DNA of 64,000 nucleotides from Candidatus Latescibacterota bacterium (GTDB taxonomy: Bacteria > Latescibacterota > UBA2968 > GCA-2709665): the NCBI GenBank assembly GCA_965203805.1, contig OZ241917.1, forward strand, positions 3,104,001-3,168,000. The letters are read 5' to 3'. The position numbers and the translations under genes were made by a program. This document shows positions 1 through 9,498 of the stretch, one piece after another. The notes below the pieces were generated by a model. The model was not told where the DNA came from, ran no database searches, and saw only the letters and a list, made by a program, of their open reading frames with translations. Positions within the stretch are counted from its first letter, which is position 1. Every line of letters starts with the position of its first letter.

Positions 1-2
1 AG

Positions 3-821
3 GAAGCCGTCCTTGGCAGCTATGCCGCACAAAAGTTGAACTTAAACGTGGGGGAAACGTTTCAACCGTATCACGGCCTGGTGTTCGATGAATCCATGAG
101 GCATGATGAACAATATGTCGTTGTTGGTGTGCTCGAAGCGACCAATTCACCCTCCGACCGTGTCATCTGGATTCCAATCGAGGGCGTTTATCGACTGGAG
201 GGACATGTGTTGCGTGGCGGAGGTGAAGAATATGTCGCCCAACCCGGTCGGGAGATCCCCGACGCACACAAAGAGGTCAGCGCAGTCATGCTGAAATTTC
301 GAAATCCGCAGATCGGTTTCATGATGGATGCAATGATCAACAAACAGGGGAAGGCGGCAACGTTGGCGTGGCCCATCGGATCTGTGATGGCTGGCCTGTT
401 CGACAAAATCGGTTGGATGAAACAGATCCTGTCTCTCGTTTCTTATCTGGTCGTCCTTGTTGCAGCGGGTTCAATTCTCGCAAGCATCTACAACTCAATC
501 AACGAACGGCGGCGCGAGTTCGCCATCCTTCGATCACTTGGCGCACGCCGTGAAACGGTGTTTACGGTAATTGTGTTGGAAGCTGCATCGATCGCGGCGC
601 TGGGGGTCATCATTGGATTTATGGTTTACGGTGCGATTTTCACCTCGGCATCAGCAATTGTCCGCGCCCAGACGGGTATCGTCCTGGACCTGTTGAAATT
701 TCATCTCGCGTTCGTACTCGTGCCCGTGTGCGTCATACTTCTGGGTGTGATTGCTGGCATTGTGCCCGCATTCAAGGCGTATCAGACGGATGTTGCAACG
801 AATCTAACACCCATAAGCTAA
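3..821 (+). CDS. ABC transporter permease, FtsX/MacB family (5'-truncated by window edge)
   Basis: Frame is open from position 3. FtsX-like C-terminal motif SIYNSINERRREFAILRSLGARR followed by hydrophobic TM segments and ...PAFKAYQTDVA. Confidence 0.85.
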   Translation, partial: EAVLGSYAAQKLNLNVGETFQPYHGLVFDESMRHDEQYVVVGVLEATNSPSDRVIWIPIEGVYRLEGHVLRGGGEEYVAQPGREIPDAHKEVSAVMLKFRNPQIGFMMDAMINKQGKAATLAWPIGSVMAGLFDKIGWMKQILSLVSYLVVLVAAGSILASIYNSINERRREFAILRSLGARRETVFTVIVLEAASIAALGVIIGFMVYGAIFTSASAIVRAQTGIVLDLLKFHLAFVLVPVCVILLGVIAGIVPAFKAYQTDVATNLTPIS

Positions 822-879
822 TGCAAACCGTACTGTACAACAGCAACGTCAATCCAATGGTTTAGAAAGGGACATTATC

Positions 880-1413
880 ATGAAAATCCAAAGAAAATCC
901 TTGATATGGACGGCAATTCTAGCGGTCTTTATTGCTCACGTCAGTTGCGAAAAAGAGGGGGAACATCGCCGCGAACATGAGGAAACACACGAAAACGAAG
1001 CACATCATGAACATATTGCGCCTCACGGTGGGACATTGGTTGTTATTGGCGATGAGTTCGCGCACATTGAGTTTGTGCTGGACCAGACAACGGGAAAACT
1101 AACTGGCTACCTGCTTGACGGTGAAGCGGAAAAGTCAGTGAGACTCTCACAGAAGACAATCGAACTCAAGGTACATCGAGAAGATAGCGGCGCCGAATTT
1201 ACTTTGCAGCTTTCAGCGATGGCAAACGTCCTGACCGGAGAGACCGAAGGCGACACCTCCCAATTCGAAGCCCATTCGGACGCACTAAAGGGGGCATCGG
1301 AATTTCACGCAGAGATTGTCTCGATAGAAGTAATGGGTCAGGCGTTCACTCATATTGACTTTGAGTTTCCAGAAGGCAACGAGGCAACGGACAGTAAGCA
1401 TGGTGGACATTAG
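880..1413 (+). CDS. His/Glu-rich exported (lipo)protein, probable metal-binding
   Basis: Signal peptide ending in VSC. His-rich stretch EHRREHEETHENEAHHEHIAPHGG. Purine-rich RBS GAAAGGGA upstream. Confidence 0.7.
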   Translation: MKIQRKSLIWTAILAVFIAHVSCEKEGEHRREHEETHENEAHHEHIAPHGGTLVVIGDEFAHIEFVLDQTTGKLTGYLLDGEAEKSVRLSQKTIELKVHREDSGAEFTLQLSAMANVLTGETEGDTSQFEAHSDALKGASEFHAEIVSIEVMGQAFTHIDFEFPEGNEATDSKHGGH

Positions 1414-1421
1414 CCTTAATG

Positions 1422-1608
1422 CGACAAAATCAGCAACGCGGCGTCGCGACGAAGCCTTTCGAATTGGGCCGAAAAGGTGGTCCGGAAGGACATTTTTTCC
1501 GTTCACGCCCGGTGACCTGAAGCATCATAGAAATCAGCAGTTAAATCGCCTTTATTCACTTGCACATTTTCGAATTAACGTCCCCGTAAAGTGACGAATC
1601 AAAGTTAG
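1422..1608 (+). repeat. Dispersed conserved intergenic element, copy A
   Basis: Gap-free alignment to the reverse complement of 12100-12286 (about 29 mismatches in 187 nt by hand count) and to 37611-37724. Confidence 0.85.
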
Positions 1609-1625
1609 TCAGGAGATTGAGAAAT

Positions 1626-2726
1626 ATGGTTAGCGTATTCTCCTTTTGCGGATCATGTTTTGCCTTTTTTGCAACGGTTCTTGGGTTAATCCTCGGGATA
1701 TCCGGCTTTGCCTCCGCTCAAGACGATCCGTCTGCGAAGTCAAAAACATTCACGCTGGACAAAGAGAGAAGCGCGTTCATGTTTGGAGGCAGTCAGTTCA
1801 GGGCAACAACCGATCGTATCAATGGAAGTATCGTACTCGACCCCGATGCGTTGCATAAGACGTTCAAGGCGATCTTCCAGCTTGATATGAAACGTCTGCA
1901 AATGCAGACCGGCATGGATAGGGGGGCGCAGAAGGTCTGGTGGAACGCTGATATTTACCCGCAAGCTATCCTTCGGATTGAAAGCCTGAATGTTGCGGAG
2001 GATGCCCGGCTGGTCGATGCATTACCCATCATTGCTGATGCCGACGCGACCTTTGAGTTCCACGGTGTCAGGAGGCCGGTAGAATTGAACGAGTTGCGAT
2101 TCACCTTTTTTTCAAGAAGCAGTCGGTTTGCCCAATGGTTACCCGGCGAGGTCCTGCGGCTCGTCGGCGATTTTGAAATCCAATCCGCGGACTTCAGGAT
2201 CAAAGCAGAGCCGGAATTGACCGCTCCAATACCGATCGACTTTGTTCTGTTTGCTATTGATAGCACCGCCGCTGATGCCGGCCCTACCGAGATGATTGGT
2301 GATTACTTACGCGTCCCATTCAGTTTCTTGAGTGATTACTGGCTGGATGAGCCGGATTGGAGGCAGTTGGAAGATTCGGAATACGTCAGTTCGCTCTCTT
2401 ACGACACCGAGATCCCCGATAAGGTGAAGCAACTCGATGAGAAAAAGGTCGCAATCACTGGATTTATGCTTCCTATCGACGTTGACGAGGGAAATGTGAA
2501 ACGGCTCCTGTTGCTCAAGTCAACAATGTCGTGCTGTTTCGGCGTTGCACCACGTATCAATGAGGTTATCTACGTTGAAACCTCAAAAAAGCAGAAAGTT
2601 CGAACGGTGATGGACATGCCAATCACCGTTTTCGGTAAACTCTCAGTCGGTCAGCAGTTTCGGGAGGACTTGATGCTGATGGGCGTTTATCAATTGGAGT
2701 TGGATGAGGTAAAACGTGCACGATAA
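1626..2726 (+). CDS. Exported protein, YceI-like N-terminal domain fused to DUF3299
   Basis: Signal peptide. YceI-like segment (FRATTDRINGSIVLDP...ATFEFHGVRRPV). C-terminal KKVAITGFMLPID...MSCCFGVAPRINEVIYV matches the DUF3299 pattern. AGGAG 10 nt before ATG 1626. Confidence 0.65.
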   Translation: MVSVFSFCGSCFAFFATVLGLILGISGFASAQDDPSAKSKTFTLDKERSAFMFGGSQFRATTDRINGSIVLDPDALHKTFKAIFQLDMKRLQMQTGMDRGAQKVWWNADIYPQAILRIESLNVAEDARLVDALPIIADADATFEFHGVRRPVELNELRFTFFSRSSRFAQWLPGEVLRLVGDFEIQSADFRIKAEPELTAPIPIDFVLFAIDSTAADAGPTEMIGDYLRVPFSFLSDYWLDEPDWRQLEDSEYVSSLSYDTEIPDKVKQLDEKKVAITGFMLPIDVDEGNVKRLLLLKSTMSCCFGVAPRINEVIYVETSKKQKVRTVMDMPITVFGKLSVGQQFREDLMLMGVYQLELDEVKRAR

Positions 2727-2906
2727 ACAGGACAACCCGAAATCACAATAAAGCAATCACGTACTCCCGGTGCGCACGTGACTGCTTTCGACAACGTTCC
2801 GTTCCGGGCGCCCTGTTTCCGGCCGTATCGAGAACGCTGAATTTCCATCCCTATCACCGGGGAGATTTGATCCCCTCCCGCCTAAAATCCCCTAAACCGG
2901 TCTTCC

Positions 2907-3716
2907 ATGTTCGGAATCGCCCAGATCCACTGGAGTGCCGACCCCGAGATTTTCCGCATTGGTCCGGTCGTCCTGCGCTGGTACAGCCTGTGCTTTCTTG
3001 TCACCTTCGTCCTCGGCTATTTCACAATGCGCCGAATGTTCCGGTTCGAAGGGAAACCCGCGAAGGATCTGGACAGCCTGGTAAACCATATGGTTCTCGG
3101 CACCCTCATCGGCGCACGCCTGGGACATTGTCTGTTCTACGATCCCGCGTTCTACCTGACAAACCCGATCGAGATCTTCAAGATCTGGCGAGGCGGCCTC
3201 GCCAGCCACGGCGCAGCCATCGGCATTTTTACCGCACTCTATCTGTACGCCCGAAACCGGCCGGATCAATCCTATCTCTGGATACTTGACCGTGTCGTCG
3301 TAACGGCTGCCCTTGGCGGGTTCTTCATCCGTATCGGCAACTTCTTCAACTCCGAAATATACGGCATCCCGACCGAGTTGCCCTGGGCGGTCGTCTTTTC
3401 CCACATCGATGCGGTCCCGAGGCATCCGGCGCAACTCTATGAATCGCTCGCCTACGGACTGATTTTCCTCCTCCTCTTCGCGGTCTATTCGGGACAGCGC
3501 GCCCGGACGCCGTCCGGAATGCTCCTCGGCCTCTTCCTCGTAACCGTGTTTTCATTCCGGGTGGTGGTCGAGTTCGTCAAGGTCCGTCAGGCCGCTTACG
3601 GCCACGGCTTCCCCCTCAGCGTGGGGCAGTGGCTCAGCCTCCCGCTCATCATCCTGGGCATCGTCCTTCTCGTAAACGCACGAAAGCGGTCCGGCACGAA
3701 AGCTCCCACCCCGTAG
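2907..3716 (+). CDS. lgt: Prolipoprotein diacylglyceryl transferase
   Basis: LRWYS, GARLGHCLFY, IWRGGLASHG, RIGNFFNSEIYG and RHPAQLYE motifs. Confidence 0.95.
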   Translation: MFGIAQIHWSADPEIFRIGPVVLRWYSLCFLVTFVLGYFTMRRMFRFEGKPAKDLDSLVNHMVLGTLIGARLGHCLFYDPAFYLTNPIEIFKIWRGGLASHGAAIGIFTALYLYARNRPDQSYLWILDRVVVTAALGGFFIRIGNFFNSEIYGIPTELPWAVVFSHIDAVPRHPAQLYESLAYGLIFLLLFAVYSGQRARTPSGMLLGLFLVTVFSFRVVVEFVKVRQAAYGHGFPLSVGQWLSLPLIILGIVLLVNARKRSGTKAPTP

Positions 3717-3979
3717 GGATGGCGAAACCACCGGTACTATTCCCGAATCTCTCTGTAGAACGACACACAAAACGCAGGATTTTAATTTATAAATGCGCGA
3801 TATTTGATGGATTATTATTGTGTTGCGTTATCCAGGCTCAAAAGCCGTTAAATGGTGCGGGGTTCCGAGACCCTGAACGGGCCTCGACGGCGGGCTCATT
3901 CGCTGTCCTGCGGGATCTGGTGTGTCATCGTGGAAATACCTCACCATTCTTTCGGTTTTCCAGATCTTATCCTGTCCAT

Positions 3980-4016
3980 CCTGCCTGCCTGTGCCGTGCC
4001 CGGCACGGCAGACAGG
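3980..4016. repeat. Short GC-rich palindromic repeat (CCTGCCTG...CAGACAGG type)
   Basis: TGCCGTGCC-C-GGCACGGCA perfect core flanked by CCTGCCTG/CAGACAGG. Related element at 41246-41280. Confidence 0.55.
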
Positions 4017-4071
4017 TCCATCCATGTTTGTTTCGGTTTCTTTTAATCGAGTTACAGAAAGGTGGGATCCC

Positions 4072-4827
4072 ATGAACTCGTATGCGGCCGTGGCCGGCAT
4101 GCTGCAGAAGTCCCTCAACCTTGCCCTTCCGCCGGTTGCCGTCTGTATTTCGGACGCAGTGCCTGAAGGCGTACCGGAATACGATGGCCGGGCGCCTGCC
4201 GGCTGTCTGTTCTGGCAGGAGGCGGAAAAAGGCCCCTTTTCCACCCGGACTTCCCATCACGAACTGTGCGCCATCGGCGTACATACGCACCAGATGGCCA
4301 ACCCACCGGCCTCGTACGAAGCGGAACTGGGCGACGTTCTGAAAACCATGGCCGGGATGGATTACGTTCGCGAAGAGGACGTGATGGAGATCCCGGTGCT
4401 GGAGAACAAAACCAGGCACGTCATCTACGCCCCTTTGGACAAAACGCCGCTCGAACCGGCCGTGGTCCTTCTCTTCGCCCATTCGGCACAGAGCTTGATC
4501 ATTACAGAAGCCGTCCAGCAGGTCGAACCGGCCGTTCCACCCGCTATGGGCAGGCCCGCATGCGCCGTGGTTCCCCATGCCGTCAACACCGGACGCGCCG
4601 CGCTCAGCCTGGGCTGCTGCGGCGCAAGGGCATACCTGGATGCCCTCACGGACGACGTCGCCGTGTGGGCGCTGCCTGGCGACAAGGTACATCTGTACGC
4701 AGCCCGCATCGACGTTTTCGCCAGGGCCAACAACGTCCTTGGCCAATTCCATTCCCTGCGTAGAAAAGACGTGGAGGACGGGCTTGAGCCCACGGTTGCC
4801 GAGTCACTTTCACGGTTGGAAAGCTGA
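4072..4827 (+). CDS. DUF169 family protein
   Basis: Conserved Cys pattern (GCLFW, LCAIG, GRPACAVVP, LSLGCCGAR). RBS GAAAGGTGG before ATG 4072. Confidence 0.75.
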   Translation: MNSYAAVAGMLQKSLNLALPPVAVCISDAVPEGVPEYDGRAPAGCLFWQEAEKGPFSTRTSHHELCAIGVHTHQMANPPASYEAELGDVLKTMAGMDYVREEDVMEIPVLENKTRHVIYAPLDKTPLEPAVVLLFAHSAQSLIITEAVQQVEPAVPPAMGRPACAVVPHAVNTGRAALSLGCCGARAYLDALTDDVAVWALPGDKVHLYAARIDVFARANNVLGQFHSLRRKDVEDGLEPTVAESLSRLES

Positions 4828-4864
4828 CCCGCGACACCAGATTTGCGCCGCGCAACTCTTTCGC

Positions 4865-4892
4865 TTGAAACGGCACACTTGCATGGTATATT
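4865..4892 (+). promoter_or_regulatory. Putative sigma70 promoter for the chdC-like gene
   Basis: TTGAAA-N16-TATATT with TG extended -10. Confidence 0.5.
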
Positions 4893-4944
4893 GAGAGCAA
4901 TTCCCGCATCCACGGACTCACCTTCACTTCAGACGGAATCCCCG

Positions 4945-5667
4945 ATGCGTTCCACATCGAAAGAACGGACGCTGGACCTGCGCGAAAAAGGCAAACCCAT
5001 CAACGGACAGATGCAGGCCAGCAACCGACGGCTCTATATGCAGCTGCACGTGTTCGGAAACTGCGCGTGCACGCAGACAATTGCCGACGGGCTCGGCGAA
5101 TCCGGCGTCGAAGCCGTCCTGTACGCGGACCTGAACGATCCGTCCGGTGTCGGCATTCTCACGCTGTCCGAGTCTCCGGGAGCCTTTACGGGGGAAATCC
5201 GCACATTGTTGAGCTCCCGTCCCTTCGCCGAGCTTCAACGCCATCCCGATCTTACCATGTTCGGAAGGACCTACGCGCACGGGTACGAGCCCGATCTTGA
5301 CGAGACGCTGCTGAAAAAACCGCGCCGCAAGGTCCTGAATCCGGCCTGGCCCTGGGCCGTGTGGTATCCGTTGCGACGCAAGCCCGAATTCGGACTGCTG
5401 TCGGGCGAGGAACTGCGCGGGATCCTGGGTGAACACGCCAGAATCGGACGGACCTACGCCGAGGCCGGATTTGCCCAGGACATCCGCCTGGCCTGCTATG
5501 GCCTTGACCGCAATGACAATGACTTCGTCATCGGCCTGCTGGGTCCCGATTTGCATCCGCTCTCGCACGTTGTCCAGGAAATGCGCAAGACCCGGCAGAC
5601 TGCGCAATACGTTCAGTCTCTGGGACCGTTTTTCGTGGGTAAAGCCATCTGGCAAGCTCCTCTATGA
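4945..5667 (+). CDS. Chlorite dismutase/coproheme decarboxylase (ChdC/HemQ) family protein
   Basis: C-terminal WYPLRR...EHARIG...YGLDRNDNDFVI...QEMRKT...GPFFVG signature with the proximal His. Confidence 0.8.
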   Translation: MRSTSKERTLDLREKGKPINGQMQASNRRLYMQLHVFGNCACTQTIADGLGESGVEAVLYADLNDPSGVGILTLSESPGAFTGEIRTLLSSRPFAELQRHPDLTMFGRTYAHGYEPDLDETLLKKPRRKVLNPAWPWAVWYPLRRKPEFGLLSGEELRGILGEHARIGRTYAEAGFAQDIRLACYGLDRNDNDFVIGLLGPDLHPLSHVVQEMRKTRQTAQYVQSLGPFFVGKAIWQAPL

Positions 5668-5715
5668 CACTGATGAAGAGACACAAAGAGGAATATTGAC
5701 CCTCGACAGGCCGAC

Positions 5716-6969
5716 ATGATTCGCAAGATCGAAGTCCTCCGTTTCGGCTGCCTGCGTTTCATCAGCCGGCCGCTGGATGCGTTTCACATTCTCGTTGGGC
5801 CCAATGCCAGCGGGAAAACCACCCTGTTGGATGCCATCGCATTCCTCGGCGACCTCGTTTCCGACGGGCTGGAGGAGGCCGTCGAAAAACGCACGGACGA
5901 CCTGCGCGACCTGGTCTGGCGCCGTACCTTCGATCCGTTCGAACTGGCCATCGACCTGAGCGTACCGGAGCAGAAATCCGACCTCTTCGAAAACCGGCAA
6001 TACGATCGATGCCGGTACGAAATCACCATAGGGCCGTCAGCCGAAACGGGTGAGACCGCCATTCTGGCCGAACGCGTCCTGCTTCTCCCCGACGATCCTC
6101 AGGAAGACCCCGAGTGTGAACAGCAGACGCTCTTCCCGGTGGACCGCCCAATGCCGGACACGCTGGCCCTGCCCCGCGTCAGAGGCGCCAGGACCATCGT
6201 GCATAAGGTTCACGGGAGCAATGACAACTTCTACTACGAAACCGGTACCGGATGGGACCACTCTTTCAGGCTGGGTCCGAGGCGGTCCGCTCTGGCCAAT
6301 CTGCCGGAAGACGAAACCCGATATCCCGTAGCGACCTGGCTGAAGGGCGTACTCAACAACGGAATTCAGCGCCTGGTACTGAACAGCGAGAGTATGCGTC
6401 GTCCCAGCCCGCCCGGCCGCCCGGCCGGATTTCAGCCCGACGGCTCCAACCTGCCCTGGGTTATCGCGGCCCTGCATGCCAGCGCGCCCGAACGGTTCAC
6501 GGCGTGGATAGGTTGTCTGCAGTCCGTTCTTCCCGACCTGAGGTCCATTCGCACAATCGTACGTCCCGAGGACCGGCACTGCTATCTGGTTTTCCAGGAC
6601 CGAAACGGACTCGAGGCGCCCTCCTGGGCCATTTCAGACGGCACCCTTCGCCTTCTGGCCCTCACGCTTCCGGCATACCTGCCGGATTTTGGCGGCGTCC
6701 ATCTGGTAGAAGAACCCGAAAACGGAATCCATCCCCGGGCCGTCGAAACGGTATTTCGAGCGCTCGCTTCCATAGAAAACGCCCAGATCCTCTTAACCAC
6801 ACACTCGCCCGTCATTGTGGGCCTGGCGGAAGGCAGTCAGATCATCTGTTTTTCCAGGACGGAATCCGGCGCCACCGACATGGTCCTCAGCACCGAAAAT
6901 CCAGCACTCCGCGAGTGGCAGGGCGAAACCGATCTGGGCTCCCTGTTCGCCGACGGCGTGCTGGGATAG
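5716..6969 (+). CDS. ABC-type/AAA_21 ATPase, resembling defence-associated (MAD3-like) ATPases
   Basis: Walker A GPNASGKT, signature ISDGTLRLL, Walker B LVEEPENGIHP, H-loop TTHSP. Confidence 0.8.
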   Translation: MIRKIEVLRFGCLRFISRPLDAFHILVGPNASGKTTLLDAIAFLGDLVSDGLEEAVEKRTDDLRDLVWRRTFDPFELAIDLSVPEQKSDLFENRQYDRCRYEITIGPSAETGETAILAERVLLLPDDPQEDPECEQQTLFPVDRPMPDTLALPRVRGARTIVHKVHGSNDNFYYETGTGWDHSFRLGPRRSALANLPEDETRYPVATWLKGVLNNGIQRLVLNSESMRRPSPPGRPAGFQPDGSNLPWVIAALHASAPERFTAWIGCLQSVLPDLRSIRTIVRPEDRHCYLVFQDRNGLEAPSWAISDGTLRLLALTLPAYLPDFGGVHLVEEPENGIHPRAVETVFRALASIENAQILLTTHSPVIVGLAEGSQIICFSRTESGATDMVLSTENPALREWQGETDLGSLFADGVLG

Positions 6970-7107
6970 AACGATGAGCGCCTCGGGAACGAGAGCGGGA
7001 GGAACCGCCGGCGACCCGACCGCCCGGGCGGTTCGTCCTTATCGCCGCAGCGATTGCAGTCCGACGACGTCACTGTGGAATAACAAAGGCATTCGAGGAC
7101 ACACCCT

Positions 7108-8277
7108 GTGGATGAACTGACGTTGAAATACGGTTGCAACCCGCACCAGACACCCGCGAGAATATTCAACGAGCGCGGCCCGCTGCCCTTCCGGGTCCTG
7201 AACGGCGCGCCAGGCTATATAAACCTTCTCGACGCGCTCAATTCCTGGCAGCTTGTAAAGGAACTTGGAGAGACTCTCGGCACACCCGCCGCGGCTTCCT
7301 TCAAACACCTCAGCCCCGCCGGCGCCGCCGTGGCGGTGCCGCTCAGCGACGATGTGAAGAAAGCCCTGTTTGTGGAGGACCTGGACCTCTCGCCACCGGC
7401 CGTCGCGTACGCCCGCGCCCGAGGCGCCGACCGGCTATCTTCGTACGGCGATTGGGCAGCACTGAGCGACACGGTAGACGTCGCCACCGCCAGGCTTCTT
7501 CGCCGGGAGGTTTCCGACGGCGTGATTGCGCCCGGATATCATCCGGAAGCCCTGGATATATTGAAGCGGAAAAAAGGCGGCGCCTATCCGGTCCTTCAGA
7601 TCGATCCGGATTACAAACCCCGGGAGACTGAGCGTCGGGAGGTATTCGGACTCACGTTCGAGCAGCGGTCCAACACCCGTTCTACCGGCCCTGAGATTTT
7701 GAAGAACGTCGTTACCCGTAAACGGGAGATTCCTCCGGAAAAGGCCCGCGATATGCTGGTGGCCACGATAACGCTCAAGTTCACCCAGTCCAATTCCATC
7801 TGCTTCGCACTGCAAGGCCAGGCCATCGGCGTGGGCGCAGGCCAGCAAAACCGCCTTGCGTGTACGGATATCGCCGCCAGGAAAGCCGAAACATGGTTTC
7901 TGCGCCAACACCCCGCGGTGCTCGATCTGAAATTCAGACGGGGCGCCAGGCGACCCGAGAAGATAAACGCCATCGAACGCTATCTCAAGGGAGACATGCC
8001 TCCCGAAGAAGAGAGCGTCTGGCGGACTTCATTCCGCAATGCGCCGCCGCCCCTCGAGGATTCGTCCAGGCGGGAGTGGCTGCAGCGTCTCAAGGGTGTC
8101 ACCCTGGGTTCCGACGCGTATATTCCCTTCCGGGACAACATCGATCGCGCCGCTCAAGCGGGGGTGGAGTACGTTATCCAGACGGGCGGTTCCGTACAGG
8201 ACGATGCCGTAACCGCCGCCGCGGATGAATATGGCATGGTCATGGTCAACACCGGCATCAGGCTCTTTCATCACTGA
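7108..8277 (+). CDS. purH: AICAR formyltransferase (PurH-type lacking the N-terminal IMP cyclohydrolase/MGS domain)
   Basis: Starts directly at LKYGCNPHQ. Also has GYINLLDA, SFKHLSPAG, TQSNSI, GAGQQNR, SDAYIPFRDN and RLFHH. Confidence 0.85.
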   Translation: MDELTLKYGCNPHQTPARIFNERGPLPFRVLNGAPGYINLLDALNSWQLVKELGETLGTPAAASFKHLSPAGAAVAVPLSDDVKKALFVEDLDLSPPAVAYARARGADRLSSYGDWAALSDTVDVATARLLRREVSDGVIAPGYHPEALDILKRKKGGAYPVLQIDPDYKPRETERREVFGLTFEQRSNTRSTGPEILKNVVTRKREIPPEKARDMLVATITLKFTQSNSICFALQGQAIGVGAGQQNRLACTDIAARKAETWFLRQHPAVLDLKFRRGARRPEKINAIERYLKGDMPPEEESVWRTSFRNAPPPLEDSSRREWLQRLKGVTLGSDAYIPFRDNIDRAAQAGVEYVIQTGGSVQDDAVTAAADEYGMVMVNTGIRLFHH

Positions 8278-8322
8278 CCTCGATTCGTCAACTTTCGGTA
8301 ACGTTAATTCGAATATACCCAA
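8274..8322 (-). repeat. Dispersed conserved intergenic element, partial copy D (3' part)
   Basis: Reverse complement reads CTTGGGTATATTCGAATTAACGTTACCGAAAGTTGACGAATCGAGGTCAG, colinear with the 3' part of copies A and B. Confidence 0.65.
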
Positions 8323-8456
8323 GGAAAGATCGAGAGTTGAATGCTGTTTCCTGCCTGGAAAACCGACTCCTTTTCCCCGCAGCGGCCGTGAGACCGGCAC
8401 GGTGAAATCGAGATGGCCGCATTTCTCCAGATAACGAAAAAATACCAAATTTTCCG

Positions 8457-8485
8457 TTGACGACCGCGCAAACGGGCCTTATATT
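8457..8485 (+). promoter_or_regulatory. Putative sigma70 promoter for the sigma factor gene
   Basis: TTGACG-N17-TATATT. Confidence 0.6.
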
Positions 8486-8575
8486 TATCGTCCGACACGG
8501 CGTCAGGACGCCACAAATCCAGGATAAACCGGTGTACCTGAGGGCATATACCGTAGCAAATGGAGATTTTCGGAC

Positions 8576-9412
8576 ATGCAATCCAGAGGATCGATTGGCG
8601 ACACAGACATCTATCTGCGCGATATCCGAAAATTCACGCCGCTGAGCAAAGAAGACGAAGCTCATGTGATCGCCGACGCCCAGAAGGGCAACCGCAGAGC
8701 CCTCGACCGTCTTATCACAGCCAATCTTCGATTTGTCGTCCGGATCGCTCGGGAATACAGCGGACGCGGACTTCCCCTGTCGGATCTGATCGCCGAGGGC
8801 AACCTGGGTCTGATCCGGGCCACACGGACATTCGATCTGGCGCGCGGGCACAAATTCATCACGTACGCGGTCTGGTGGATTCGCCAGGCTATACTGTCGG
8901 CACTCAACAAATATACCCATCCGGTTGTGTTTCCAGTGAATCAGATCGACGACCTCGACGTCATCAACAGGGCGAAGAATGCCCTTTCGCAATCGCTGGG
9001 CCGGATACCCGATCTGGGCGAGATTGTGGAGAAGACCGGCATGCCGCTCCGAAGGCTGCGCCGCGCCCTCGAGGCCAACCGGTCCACCGTATCGCTGGAC
9101 AGCCCCACGCACGAAGGGTCTTCCGGTGTATACGCAGACACGCTTCCGGCCCGGGACTCCCGCCCTGACGAACAGTTCGAGGATGCCCGGATCAAGAAGC
9201 TGCTGAAGGAATGCCTGAATCGGTTACCCCGGCGCGAAGCGCGGATCCTGAGTCTGTATTTCGGTCTGGATTCCGATAAACCCGAGCCCCTCGAACGGAT
9301 TGGCAAACGTCTGCAGATCAGCAGGGAACGCGTCCGGCAACTGAAAGACAGGGCGCTCAACAGGCTCAGACTCAACTTTGTGCAGGAGAACATGATTTCG
9401 CAGACGGAATAA
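8576..9412 (+). CDS. RNA polymerase sigma factor, RpoD/SigA family (no region 1.1)
   Basis: YLRDI (region 1.2), ANLRFVV, DLIAEGNLGL, KFITYAVWWIRQAI, SRERVRQL (region 4.2). Confidence 0.9.
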   Translation: MQSRGSIGDTDIYLRDIRKFTPLSKEDEAHVIADAQKGNRRALDRLITANLRFVVRIAREYSGRGLPLSDLIAEGNLGLIRATRTFDLARGHKFITYAVWWIRQAILSALNKYTHPVVFPVNQIDDLDVINRAKNALSQSLGRIPDLGEIVEKTGMPLRRLRRALEANRSTVSLDSPTHEGSSGVYADTLPARDSRPDEQFEDARIKKLLKECLNRLPRREARILSLYFGLDSDKPEPLERIGKRLQISRERVRQLKDRALNRLRLNFVQENMISQTE

Positions 9413-9426
9413 AACGACACCCGCAC

Positions 9427-9462
9427 AAAAAAAAGGGCGGCCTGAGTGGCCGCCCTTTTTTT
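9427..9462. terminator. Bidirectional intrinsic terminator
   Basis: A8-GGGCGGCC-TGAGT-GGCCGCCC-T7 between convergent genes. Confidence 0.9.
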
Positions 9463-9498
9463 GCATGTACTAACCGCTTACTGCCCCGAAAAACCCGA

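Noticed and set aside
2748-2788. Imperfect hairpin AAAGCAATCACGT...ACGTGACTGCTTT at the end of the low-GC block, considered as an integron attC site
   Set aside because: No proper RYYYAAC/GTTRRRY pair and no integrase. More likely a terminator-like hairpin.
3826-3920. Fragments resembling SAM-I (TTATCCAG), TPP (CCGAGA, CCCTGAAC) or a tRNA/tmRNA-like ACCA end on the minus strand
   Set aside because: Core consensus elements (ACCTGAT, GGCAACC, TTCGA T-loop) are missing. Kept only as an unassigned hairpin.
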